DNA of 64,000 nucleotides from Curvularia clavata (lineage: Eukaryota), in assembly GCA_023920165.1 (NCBI GenBank), contig CP089281.1, positions 1,674,001 to 1,738,000 of the forward strand, written 5' to 3'. Positions 47,620 to 60,856 of the stretch are shown piece after piece. The notes beneath the pieces were generated by a model. That model saw only the letters and a list, made by a program, of their open reading frames with translations, did no database searches and was not told where the DNA came from. A program made the translations under genes and the position numbers. Within the stretch, counting starts at the first letter, position 1. The number at the start of each line of letters is the position of its first letter.

Positions 47620-48932
47620 TCAATGAGCGACATGCGTGGCCTTCAGATCTTTCAGGCTCAAGTTTCGACTATCGCTCGACTCCGTACTCCATCTTGAATT
47701 GGGGGTGCGTGGTCGTTGTTTTCGCGCCCCAGCTTCCATCTCTGCGAAATCCTCCGGTTGCGCCAGTTCGCTCGTGACCTTTGTGGTAGTGATGAGCTTG
47801 ATATCTGATGTGCCTGCACTGACCAGATCATCCGAACTATCGCTTCTAGAGGAAAGTGTAATTTTGCCTTTACTCCTGCCTCGCCGACTCTTTCCAGGCG
47901 CGTTCATGGCTTCGACTGTGCATTCGCCGCCGAATCGTGTGGGTTTCTCGACCCAGAATACTGCGAATGTATCGATGCCATTGTCATCAGCTGGCGGCTC
48001 GTCGTTGAATATGAGGATGCGTCGAGTACAGGTGTAGAGGAGGACGTCGAGCCAGCCGTTGGAGGTGATGATTGCGCCCGAGAGGCAGAGGCGTGCTAGC
48101 GAAGGCGGCTTGCCCGACATGGCCGCCATACGTGCGCTAGCGAGAGGAATGGTACATATGACATAGACAAGAGGATATACGACCATGAGATTGGCAATCG
48201 ACCTTATTCTCTTAGACTCTTCAGGCTTCCAGTAGCCCAAGCGAATGCGGTAAATCAAAATCCCGTACATCAATGCGTAGACAATGATGTTGCCGAACTC
48301 GCTGTTAGGTGAAATTAGCATAGTCTGCGATATTGAGATCAAGATGCTTACGCAACAAAGATCCAGAAATAATGTGTCCATAATCGAAGGTCTTCATGTT
48401 CATGAGTGATCCAGCACCAAACACCAGATCTGACGTAAACACCCTTTCCATGTACGAAAACTGGAATGCTAGAAATTACAAGTATGAAGATCCATGTCAG
48501 GAGGATGGAAGAGTAAAAAGCCCAGGGTTTTAGTCGATAGTTGAAGACGATGGACGCAAAGGTGTGAAGGCCGATGGCAAGGCACCAAACTCCACTACCC
48601 AAGTCTCCCGTCGAAACCAACCAGCTCTGGGCAAAACACACTGGGTTCTGTATCTCCACTGTTCCTAGCTTCAGCCATTCGACATTTAGGAGGAATGCAA
48701 GCGCTTGTTGTATGTCGGCCAGGAGAAGGTTGAAGATGAGGATGACGAACTGGTTACTCTTCTTGGATCGTAACTGCCAGGATACCAGTTTGTATGTGAG
48801 GACCAGAAAAAGAGAAATAGAGGCGACGAAGCTGACAAAGCCTAGGACGACGACAGCACGTAACCATGGGTGAATGTGCTCCGGTAGGATGAACGACCCG
48901 GATACGTCGTCCGGCTGGTTCAGAGAGGACAT
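47620..48932 (-). CDS. G protein-coupled receptor, Git3/Gpr1-like (GprC/GprD type), 2 exons (48932-48352, 48301-47620)
   Basis: Seven hydrophobic helices; LIFNLLLADIQQA, CFAQSWLVSTGDL, GVWCWI, YPLVYVICTIPLA, SNGWLDVLLY; 50-nt intron at 48302-48351. Confidence 0.88.
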
Positions 48933-51900
48933 TGCAGCAGGTGAAAGGCAGCAATGTTACATGCCAAAAACAAGACCCGTCTTGTTGCTCAGTATTATCA
49001 TAATACCGAGTCTCGAGGCCTCGATCGGGGAAAGGGAAAAGGAAATGGGTGGCGCAGGGAAAAAAAGAGACAGCGCCGGCACCGGGACGAAGCAGATCTT
49101 AGGGATCAAGAGGATGATGCACGGTTGACAAATGGGCCACGCATACTGTATATCTCCGCATGGCAGTGAGGAATCGTAATCGGAGACCCACTATAAGCTG
49201 GGGGGAGGGTTGTATGACCCCAGCCTTCCCACCGATGCCATGGAACGAGCAAGGATGGTAGTGCAGCTCGTGGCATCCCTGTCAGCCCAGTCACAACGGA
49301 GAAGGATGCTAGCCTTGGTCCTGACAGCGGTTTCTATGCGAAACGAAGAATAGCCGGCGGGGGAAGTTTTCTCCATACTCTATAGTACGACTCTACCGTG
49401 GTCGCGGGCGCACGCATTCTAGCACCGGGCATGCATAGTCTTGGAACCCTCTTGGTTGCGTGTCATGCATGTCATCTGTCTCACCAGACCCAAGCGCTGG
49501 ATTTGGGAAGAGGGGAACCACTCAGATCATCTGACCAGTACGAGATCAGGCATATGGTCGTCGGCACAGGGACCACGCCCGGCGGCGCCGGGTCCACCTT
49601 GTTGTTCAAGCCAAAGTCCAAGAGTCTGTGCACTCCACCAACGAGTAGGTGGCGCGTCTAGGTCGCACAAAAGGGCCTTCGTTCAGTTGAATCGGAAGTG
49701 GCAGCCGACAGTTTGCAGGTTTCCGGGGCTTGTGGCACCGAAGCCACTCGCTTCTAGCAAAACGAAGGATACACCAACGTTGTTGTTGGCTGTGCCACAC
49801 AAAGTACATTGTTGCTTTCTTTGCACGTCTCCTCCATTTGTGCATTAGGACTGTCAATCAGTTACACAAGAAGCTGATCTGCACTACGCTGGCGTGCTTC
49901 AAGGTTCCCCTATTCGCTTGCCCTAAAAAAGAAATCATGGGTGGCCTGCCACCTATTGCACTGGGCCACTGACCTATCGGTGTATCTATGTTTTCTTAAA
50001 CCTCCGCGGTAACGTCACCTTCCGGATTTGTTGAAACAATCTGCTTTACGTTCTCAGGCAGCCGTGAACCTCAGGCTATTATGGCGCGCAACAACCACAC
50101 TGCGGGGCATCCGCTCACTGGCGACGCCTATCTCGGTGCATCACCCAAAACATAGGCGAACAACCAATCAGAGATCGTGCACTGGCAATCTCGGAAAACA
50201 CCATGGGGGATATGCGCCAGGGTTGTGTTCGGGAGAGTGGGTGTGAAGGATGCGAGCGAAGGAAGGGCCTATTGTGGACCTTCTGGAACACGGGTAAAAC
50301 CAGACAGCAATTAATAAAGCTTCCTCGATGACTACCACAATCCGAGTTACGATAATGTTGGCAGCCTCTACATGCGAGCTGAAGCCAATGTAAGCACACT
50401 GAAATCTCCCTCGGAAGAATTCCTTTTCGGTGGCTGTCTATGCACAGAGCAGCTAGGTACATCTTACCCCGGAAATAGCAGTATTGGCCGTGATTCTACC
50501 ATCCGCCAAACCCGACCAGGCCGGCTTAGCTCGCGCCCCAAACATGCGCAATATCGCTTCTCGACATGCTGTTCGTCGAGAGGTATTGCCCAGTGCGCCC
50601 ATCGCCCTGTTTCACAGCACGAGACCACCCTTACCCGTGTCGCGGCACTTCTAGCGCCAGTTTACATTCAGGGTCACTGGTTATACTGCTAAGGTTATAG
50701 GTATGGGTGATGGTTAGCACCGTTTTACTGGGAACGCATGCGTGCATGAGAAAAGCGATCCCGAGTCGCAGGCATCGAGAAAGCCAAAACTGGGTCGTGG
50801 GCACGGAACCCCGCATCACTGGCTACATTGCACCCAGCAGGGCTGGGCTCTCCCGAAACTTGCATGAGTACCACACCTAAGTTCGCAGATCTTTACCCCC
50901 ATAACTTTCTCAAAGGCATGGGATGGATGTCGCTTATTTTCATGACATCAAGCACGCGATGTTAACGGGCTGATTGGCTGGCCAAAAAGGAACGAAGAAT
51001 GGGATTCGCGTCGCGAGGTTTCCTGCCAAAGAATATGCACATTTACTTTTTTAGGCGCTATCCGGACCACACTGGTGGGAAAGAGTAAACATGAGCGAGT
51101 GCATCCGTGCTGCGAGGACGTTTGTGCTGCCCGGTCCGCGCCGACTGTGGAAATTGACAATAGAAGAAAAGAGAAAAGCACTATACTGTCCAGTGAGAAA
51201 CGAGCACTGAATCGTGCAAGTACATACATTGTACCCAGTTAAGAAGAGTACATCCGAGCTTTTTCCAGAAGCGTATAAAGTATCGGCGCACATCGCGACC
51301 AATGTAAAAAATCAAGTTCAGAAAAACAACACGAATTCAATCAGTCCAGCCAAGCAAAAGAATCCACGACATTGCCAAGGAATGCATTTTCGAAGCGTCG
51401 CCCAATCGGGGCGCCCACGTATCCCACACTTCTCTCTCACACTTGACACACTACGAGAATGATTCCCTGACAGTCGTGTCGGAAACGACACTTCCCGTTG
51501 AAAATCAACGCCTCTCTGGAAGTTCGAGACCCAGCCGGACGTTTTCGGTGTCTTTCGTCATCACTGTTAGTTATCTCTCGATGGCCGATCTCAGACCACA
51601 CCACTGGAGGGTGTGGCCGCAACAGCAATCGGAACAATTTGACGATTGCTTGAAGACATCCTGGTGCTACTTGTTCGAGTCGCTCTTCCTGACTGGTTTC
51701 CGGCATGTCCGGTACGTCCAGCACGGCCATTTTACGTATAGAGATCGAACCCCGGCGAGCTCTAGTAGAAATGAGGGAGCTGAGGAATCTGGTCTACTTC
51801 CCATTGAGCATCTTACGATGTGATTGATACCAAATCGATGAAGTAGCAGTATAACAATGGCTGCTTCATCACTGAAAGTCTAGTATTTCTAGACTAGCCT

Positions 51901-53097
51901 ATTGTATCGTGTTTGTAGGCTCACGGCCCATAAGTGAGGATATGTCACATGTTGGCTGACATTGGTCGAACAGCGAACGAGCTTCATCTTACATATCCCT
52001 CGAACACGGGCGTATATTCGGGGCGTCCGATAGATGCCAATGAGCTATAGATAAATCAAACTTCCTAATAAAAAAGCTCGGTGTAGTACACATGCTTCCA
52101 TGCTGTTGTACAAACGGAATGAGTTCACTCACACTAGAACATTCCGAGTCTCGTAGAACACTTCGAGGCTCCAGTCTCGTATAGAACTTGGTGAAAGCTA
52201 CCCAGTATGCTGCTACCAAGTATCCTCAGACTAGATACTCATCCTTGTCACGCTGCGGTCTGGATACCGCTGCAAGAAGCCACGCCAATACGAACAGTCC
52301 ACACGAAGCTGACCACCTGTCACACAGTATCGAAGCACCGCATGAAACTCGAAATACGGTCCAATGAACAACACTTTCACATGTATCACGAAAATCTGTG
52401 AGGCATGCGCCTCAAGTCTCTTACGTTGCTATCCCTGATTAGCGGAGCCTTGTGGATACTTAACTTCGTTCCAATCTCTCTCTAACAACATTAAAACTGA
52501 TGTACATAGGAGCTGACTGCATTACCAAGGCCTAAGGAGTGTTTCAAAAATGCGATGAGACTAAAACAAGACTCAATACTTAAGTCGCAATGGTTAAGGT
52601 GGGTTTTTGTCGTCACTTCTCAAATTTGAGGGCTATTGCCTGTTTGGTGTATGCTTCCTGGTTTCACAGCTTTGTGTAACTGACAAAGGTCTGCCTCGAC
52701 ACGCGGTCCGCTTGCGCTACCAAAGGAAAGCATACACGTTGGTTTGATTCACCGTTCGTAACACACCCACTAGTCAAAGTGTGAGGAACATCTACACAGG
52801 AAGGCAGACTTGCATGACAGCCCTAAGCTTTCACCGGAAAATGACCCATTATTAGCTCCAAGAATGTTCAGCTTTCGACGACAACAAATAACCGACCACA
52901 AAACAAGCCATAGAAACACGCAATTCAAATATTACGTCACATGGCTCAGTGGTAGTACAGAACACCTCACCAACTAACCCATCTCTGGTCTTTCCATGAG
53001 CCAGCCTATCGCCTTCATCAAATGTGTCGCTAGCACTATCTAGCATATCTATCGCCTCACCATACTCACTCGCCACATCTCTAGAATCGAGAATCTC

Positions 53098-53478
53098 ATA
53101 TACTTCATCACAAGCCACATCATCACTTCACCATCTACGCCTGTATTCATGCCCGGCCCCACTCTCAATACAAAGACTCCAAGCCCTCCCGCCTCCCAGC
53201 CCCCGATCTCATCCCTTGTATACCTCACTCCCGGCGCCACCTGCACCGTAGATGCTCAATGCTCGCCCAAAATATGCTACAAAGAGCCTCAAACGGCTAC
53301 GTACTGCTGTGATCCGAGTATAACCTGATGTCCAGGGTGTACATGTACTGATCCCGGGCATAGGGATTATAAGAATCCTTTCGCGTGTTATTTTCAGGCT
53401 CGCATGTGTGTTCGTTCACTTGGGAGGGATAGCTGCATTGCTTGGATGATTCATTTATTATCACGAGGAGTTTTCTGA
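53098..53478 (+). pseudogene. decayed small cysteine-rich (secreted/effector-like) protein gene
   Basis: One frame reads PGATCTVDAQCSPKICYKEPQTATYCCDPSIT*CPGCTCTDPG...FACYFQARMC...SC (11 Cys), with TGA at 53326-53328. A signal-like FTIYACIHARP segment lies upstream in a shifted frame. Confidence 0.45.
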
Positions 53479-54063
53479 TTACTGTTTTGTTTGGATGGGT
53501 TAGAAGAAGGTGAGTATACCCTTAGTCCAAAGGCGTTTTTTTTTTTCGCTTGTTCTCACATTGCACACCCCTACTCCGGCGAGTCGACTTCACTCGTCTT
53601 AAAGAAAAGTTCTAGTGTTACTGGACATGCACAAGGCTTCACGTCAGTTCCGAGATAGACTGTTTTTAATTGTAGAAGAGTGTTTGTTGATTTAATAATG
53701 CTACCGCCCCGTCAGCCCTATCTTCCACAAAGATGTGGACTTCCTTCACTTATGCAAGCGAGAAAAGCTTTGCAACCTTCAAATGCAATCAATCCAGCTC
53801 ATCGTACAGAAAACAAAACGAAATTGGAAAAAAGAAAAGTCATAGTACATGAGTGGTTGTGTGACGAGAAGATAAAAAAATGTATAGAGATAGGGCATGA
53901 TAAACTCCTTTTTTCCTGCTCCCTAGAAGAGTGTGAATGCCAATGGCTACAACTCCAGACATGGCTTGCGTTATACCAAACACCATGCACAATAAATGCT
54001 CCCAACAGCTTGAAAGACCTAAACCAAGACAAGAGGGGTATTTACAAAACGATTCCTGACATA

Positions 54064-57000
54064 CTACCGACGCGCCTGGGTTTGGGAGAACCAGTCGTCT
54101 TGGGTAGAGGGGTATTGTCTGCGTAACTCTGCCTCTTCCTCTTCCTGACTTGATTTCAGGATCTCTTGCATGGTCTGTATGTCGTTGATGATGACGTTGA
54201 ACGCTTCGGTGACCTCCTTAAGGACAACATTGCGGTTGTAGTTGGATCGGTGCTTCCAGATGGCATCCATAAGCGCGGCATTGATTTGCTCCAGTTGTTC
54301 AAGTGAACAACCAGACGTGGACTGAACAAGCTTGTTATGCAACTCTGTGACCAACACATCATCGACAATGAGTTGCGGCTTTGGCTCCTCATCATTCAGA
54401 ATCTGGTTGAGATTCGAGTGATGTGGAGGCGCGGGTGCTGGCATGGATGTGACATGTTGCGGTGACTGTGAGGGTTGTGAATTGGACGGTTGACTGCTGA
54501 CGTAGTGGACTTCTGTGTTGGGTATACGGTCAGTTGTTGGTTCTGGAGGTAAGGGTTGGAAGCCTCGAGTAAAGAAATTTGGCGAACCTTGTGTGTCGGG
54601 AAGCTGTGAGCCCGTCGGCTCGGGCATCATCTCCGAAAAGTTTGGTATGCCGGTTGGAGCAACGCCATTGCTGCTCTGTGTACCAAATTTGTTGTCTGAA
54701 GACCTGTGCGAAGTCTTTTGACCAGATGTTGTCGTCGATGCACTATTGTGATAGTCATTGGGATGTGAGTTTGGCGCCATGAACGTGCGACCCGCTATCT
54801 GCGACTTTTGGGTCTGAGTTCCCTGGGTGCCCATTCTACTTGGGGTCTGGAAGTGGAGATCATGCTGCGTATTGGCGTTCAAATCCTGGCTGTCGGTCAT
54901 GTGTGTGTCCTCATTGGAAGGCACAGTAGAGCCGTTGGTTGTGTGGTGAGTACCGTTGGATAGGTCCGCGGTATGAGGAGGCCGCAATGGAGTTACCGGT
55001 GGCATGGCCAAGTGTCCAGGGACAGGTTCACCCAAAACGATAGGTCCTGAGGTCTCAGTTGTACCGATAGATTGCTCAGGAGGCACGCGGGCGACGTCAG
55101 CAAAGTCCTTGTTCGCTGCCATCGCCTTTTCTCGCTTCTCTTGCGCCTTCCGCTCTCTCTCCAGCTCGCGCTGATATACCGCCTCACACTCTGCAAGCAG
55201 ACCGGGATTTTGCTGCATGAAGAAATTGTCCAGATCGACCTCAACGTTGGTGATCATCTCATTTCCCTTCAGGGTTCGCTCGGCATCTCCAAAAGTCCTA
55301 GCGTCCTTAACAAGAGTCTTGATGTCAAACAGGTAATCTGCAGGGCGCTTGTAATAACCGTTTGAAAGTCGTTTCTCGATCGTGCCAAGGTCCAGGTTGT
55401 AGTACTTGTTGCCACTCTCCACATGCAGGAGAACGTCTACACCCTTTGAGTCTTTGGAAAACTCCCATGGCCGTACGGCACCCTGATCTTCTTGTTCCTC
55501 GCGTGGCAAGTCCGAGCGGACAAAGTCAGGGTCTTGCTCGTCAAGTAAATAAGAGTACCAGCTTTCTTCTAGGATTGGCTTGAAGAATTTCCTGTGACTC
55601 CTCTTCAACTGGTCCATGATGGGTTGAATGACAATCTTCATCTTGTTGAGCGTGAGCCTATCTTGTTTCTTCTGCCACTTCTCACGAGCCGCAAGCTCCT
55701 TGGGATCAACAACCGGCTCGACGATAGGCGCAGGCTCCAGCTCAGGTAGCACACGCTTCTTTCTATTGTCAGGATCAGGGAAGTCTGCCGGAGACATGCG
55801 AATGTAATGAGTGATGCTATTGAAGAACTCAGAGCGCCCTTCTTGGTCTGGTCGCTTGAGCTGAAACTGGTTTGTCTGGGAGAACGAGAAGAGATCCATC
55901 ATCATTTGTCGGTCAGGCTTCTCATTTTCACTCTGCAATTCCATGATACCCAAGACCATGATTGGTTCATTGGCACCAATGCTGCGCAGGAGAAGCTTGA
56001 ACGTCTTGATTGCTTGAGCGGGTAGCGTTTGGTACCAGACGTCGACTGCAGGGATATAGATGACACTAGGTTTGTGCCGCCTGACTTCGGTGAAAAGTTG
56101 CGTGATAGCTGCCTCAGGCGTTCGGGTTGAGTCTTCTAAGATGGTTGGAAGGTCGAAAGACTGAACATGCAGTCCCTCTATTCTGTTCAACAACGCAGCA
56201 CCAAGGTATTGCTGGCCCATGCCTTGGAGACCACTGATCAGTAGACGAGGCCTAAAGATCCTGGTGCTCTCAAAGTTACGCATGGTGGCCTCGCGTTCGA
56301 AGCCCTTTTCGTCGTCGCGATCGTCAAACTCGGCTTCTTCGAGTGCTGTCAGCTTTTTCCTCCTTGGGATGAGTTCATCGATACGCTTGATGATCTCCTC
56401 CAGGGGTTTTCGTAGCAGTGGCTCAATGTTCTTGCCCAATGGCGCTGCGCTTGCTGTGACTGTTCGCTGGGAAGAAGGTACCATCTTATTGACTGAGATC
56501 ATGAAATCTTTTGCCAGAATCTTAATGTTGCTGGGATCAATCAAGAGTTTCTTTTCAGAAGTGTAGATTTGAGGGTATGTTCCTTGAACAGCATTGAGGG
56601 CTGCCTCTGTGCACAAGGCTCGAAGGTCGGCACCACCGTAGCCCTTGGTCAGCTCGGCAAGTTGATCCTTCATATCTGGTTTGAGAGGCGGGTCCCAGTT
56701 CTTAGTATGAATGTCGATGATGGCTCGTCTGCCAGCAACGTTTGGCAATGGGAAATAGAACTCTCGATCAAAACGTCCCGGGCGTCGAAGCGCAGGATCT
56801 ACCGAATCGGGACGATTGGTAGCACCAATGACGATGACTTGCCCACGGCCATCCATACCGTCCATCAGAGCAAGAAGCGTTGCGACAATGGAAGCGTGAA
56901 TCTGCTCCTGCTTACTGGATCGAACTGGCGCCAATCCGTCAATTTCATCAAAGAAGATGATACTGGGTTGAGTCTTCCGCGCTTCCTCAAACAGGAGGCG

Positions 57001-58996
57001 AAGTTGCCGCTCAGCTTCTCCAACCCACTTGCTCAAGGCATCGGCACCTTTGCGCATATAGAAGGTGACTTTCTGTCCGTGTGAACTGACACTGGAAGCG
57101 AGAGCACGGGCAAGCAGTGTTTTACCAGTACCAGGTGGTCCATGGAATAGGACACCTCGAGGTGGAGTGATCTTGAAGCGTTGGAAAACTTCAGGATACA
57201 GTAATGGAAGCATGACCATCTCCTTCAGCTTGTTGATGTGGTCGTCCAGACCACCAACTCCATCGAAGTTGACGTTTGGATCCACACCAAGAGGATCAGC
57301 ATCCGCCAGTGCCTTTTTGTCTTTGACTTTGCCAAGGTTGGCAGGGCCACCGCCAGAGGCTTGTTGTGGGTCCGCGTTGTGAGTTTGGGGAAATCCAAAT
57401 CCGGGAGCAGTGGCTGTGGTAGGAGTCATACCAATCATTCCACCAGTTGGCTTAGGCATCTTCTGATTCTCATCCTCACTGCTGTCAGAATCACCACCTG
57501 CTACCACGCCGGACTCAACACCGCCACCAAAGGGGCCTTGGCTGCGCCATAAGCTCTTGTATGTAGACCGGCCACCTCTTGCCCGCGATTTCTCGGCAAC
57601 GGGCGGGTCGTCATCGTTGTCAAACATATTGTTCATCTCTGGTCGGACAACACGGTAGTCTACACCTGTGTTGCGGGCTCGGCGTTTGGGCATCGAGTCA
57701 TAAACAAGATCCTCATCCGGTTTTCGACGACTGATTCGCCGTCTCTTGTTGTATTCCAGGTCCTGAAGCTCGTCTTGTAATTCATCTTGGTCAAGCCCTG
57801 ATTCTTCAGATGAAGAATTGCGCCTGCTTCGCTGAGACTGACGAGTTTTCCCTCGGAGGCGATTCGACCGTCTTCCTGAGCCCGAGGCACTTTCAGATCC
57901 AGATGCCTTGTCCTTTTCCTCGTCGGACTCTGACTGCTCGTCGTCCTTGTCATCCTCGGGAGGCGGTTCGAAGTCACTGCTTTCGTCGGCGGCTCGCTTG
58001 CGCTTGGATGACGTAGCACGATTCTGGACTTGCTGTCAGTGCAAACACATGGCTTAAAGTAACACAGTAACATACCCTTAGGTTCCGCCCACCACGAGTG
58101 ACTGGGCCTTCCTCGTCGGAGTCTTCAGCACCTTCGTCATGCTGAGATTCCTGAATCACGCCTTCCATGTCTTCCTCGCCCTCGGCATCCTCTTCTTGCG
58201 CATCTTGTGCAGGTGAACTCTCCTTGCTTGCCTCAACCTGTGTCTCGGTCCCGGCGACAATAGCATCGAGGGGACCCGGACTGTCGTCGCGGATCATGGA
58301 CGTCTCTTGCGAGGCTTCCATAATAGCGCTTGGATGCTCGATTTTAGGGCCCTTGCCCCCTCTTGTTGCGCGCGCAACTGGCTCAGGGCTACGGGTGCCT
58401 TCGCGTATAACGGTTACATGCTTGCCGGAGTCGGAGAGCGCCACAATTGGTTCTTCAACATCGTGCGAAAGTCGACTGCTACGTCGAATGCCGTGGACTT
58501 CTGGTGTTTTTCCGCGCGCAAGTGATTTGCTGCCAGTACGAGTGCGCAGATTGCGACTTGAGTCAGGCATCTTCAGCTTTACTATAAGCGAAGGCTTGTC
58601 AACCTTTTCGATGGATGGTTGGGCGCGACGTTGCGAAGGCTTTGGTGAGTCGTCCTCAGATGCTGTGTCCTCGATTTCGTCCTCGCTCTCCTCGTATTTG
58701 ATTTCCTTCTTTGTGGCGCGGCGCACGCTTCTGCCCGTCGCGGGGTTGATCTCTGGTTCCTCTGACTCTGAGCGGTCTGTGAAGGAGTCGTCCGACTCGA
58801 TCTCGTCGTCGTCGTCAATATCCGATCCACTGTATACGCGTCGCTGGCGCTTCGAGGGCTTTTTCTTGGCTGCCGGGGTGCCTCGATTGCGGCGGCGTTG
58901 AGGCGCTGCGCGTCTTTCTGAGTCGTCGTAATCAAAGTCGTCGGGATCGGATGCGTTGGGGTCGATGTCAAACTTGCGCTTCGCTCGGCTAGACAT
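54064..58996 (-). CDS. YTA7: Yta7/Abo1 (ATAD2-like) AAA+ ATPase with bromodomain-like region
   Basis: GPPGTGKT Walker A, IIFFDEIDG Walker B, ATNRPDSVDPALRRPGRFDRE SRH, degenerate second AAA module, NLDLGTIEKRLSNGYY bromo-like segment, acidic N-terminus. Intron 58024-58075 joins the 340-aa and 1209-aa ORFs, and there is a probable second intron at 54513-54587. Confidence 0.93.
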
Positions 58997-60422
58997 AGGG
59001 ACTTGTTTGCGGTGAAGCTTATTGCGTTCCTTGGGTGACGCTGTGAGTGAAGGGGAGCTGATGCGTCGCGGTGAGAGAGCACTTACACCGCCCGAATGCG
59101 TTTTTCGTTGGGTATCACGATTTCATTAGTGACAGGGGAAGGCCTCCTGAATGTGCGCCGATGATAGCAATAGGGCGCGCGATGCCGACGGGCGGTTGGG
59201 CGGGTGTCGTGTTGTTATGAACGGATGGGCGCAGGCTAGGTGCGCGATGCACCAACAAAGCAGATGGCAAAACGGGCGCAAACAGCGAAGGTATCAATAG
59301 TAACCCCCTTGGAGCTCTACGGAGAGGTAGGAAAGTCAAAATGAATCGATGTTGCTGGAGGCGTGTGGATGATGGGGAGCACGGCGTTGGGGTTCGTCGA
59401 CCTAGTGTTGGCTCACCCAATCCTAATCGCGCTAAAATCCAACACGAATTTAGAACAGGGAACGCTTCTTCAATGCAGCATTCACCACAATAATGAACGC
59501 ACCTTATTTCTCAACATTTAACAGTTCAATAAGCATCAAAAAGTCGAAAAAACGAAGTGGAAATGTGTTCTGAGCAAATTCCGCAACTTTTCGGGAGTCT
59601 TCCAGCAAGCCCTCGACGGCTATTTGAACCCTCTCTTTTTCCCTTGCAGCTCTTCCTGCTGTCGGTTCCTGCATGATCGGCATGCGGCTCTAAAAGCTTA
59701 ACGCGTTTAGAGCTCGCTGGCATCTGTGGGGAAGGCGAACCACGCACGTGCGCCACGTGCCAGGACGACTCCATCCAGCCAACCCCTTGATGGCGAAGCG
59801 CACAACGTGATGTGCATAGCCCTGTATTTACCATCTATCGTTGTCTTCTTTATTCTTTTAACATTTATACTGGTGAAACTGCACGGGAATGAACACTGAT
59901 ACTGTCAGCCATCCCACTATGAATGTACGGCAACCACAAGTCATCTACTCCAGAAAAAAAAAAGGCTATCAAGCACACCCGCCCTGATATTTTTCTGTCA
60001 TGTTCGATGGATGTGTTCTCCCTGCAGTCGTGGTTGTTTGGGTTGGTACCCAAGTGCAGTCATGTTGTATTGCGACGAACATCACTATTTCGTACATGGC
60101 ATCACAACCACCATGCGCAGCGCATCTTGTCAAAGACATCTCTGCACGCTTCAGTCTGCTCATTCCAACAAAGAGAATAGAACGGTAGAATATAACTGGT
60201 CTTTTTACTAATGCTGTGCGTGGGAGAGGATCATGAATGACTTGGATGTGCCTATACCTCATCGCGCAGCAGCGACGCATCTCTCTCTGAGTAACTCGTC
60301 TTTCGGAACCATTAGCTGATTCCCCTTGCCGATGCAAATAATCGGACCTCATTCAAATATTTTTCGGAGATACTGACTAGAATTTTTTTTTAACATTTTC
60401 ATTCTAGTCTCCAACGGCTTAC

Positions 60423-60465
60423 ACGCCCTTGACGCTCTTGACGCCCTTGACGCCCTTGACGCCCT
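60423..60465. repeat. 9-bp tandem repeat (ACGCCCTTG) x about 4.8
   Basis: acgcccttg acgctcttg acgcccttg acgcccttg acgccct read directly. Confidence 0.9.
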
Positions 60466-60856
60466 CCCAGCGTAGAGCCTCTGTCACCAAGTTACCAGAG
60501 AATCCATACAGATGTCTATGCAGAGACACGAAATCATTTAGAATCAATTTCTACTCATGATTTAAAGGCCCTTTTTTTTCTCCCATTTTCATGCTGTGAA
60601 AGTCCACCCGCAGCTTCTCCGAGTTATCCGCCGCCATCCCGCCTCAAATTCGCAGACGGCTGAACCCCGCATTTGGCCATAGCTCTCCCAAACGTCATCG
60701 CTGCAGCTCCGCAAATGCCCACCAGAAGTGATTAGCAATTGACATCTGGACTCCCGTAGGCAGATTAGACTTGCTCCAATAATCTCCACGTGCACTTCTT
60801 GACATCGGGCAAACTCGCAGTGATCTATATCTGCCTTTATCCCCACGAGAAACAGC

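Noticed and set aside
51437..52401. Short ORFs in the gap upstream of the GPCR gene
   Set aside because: Some hydrophobic fragments, but no coherent frame or recognisable family.
53326..53328. In-frame TGA beside Cys codons as selenocysteine
   Set aside because: Ascomycetes lack the Sec machinery, I see no SECIS, and other lesions indicate decay.
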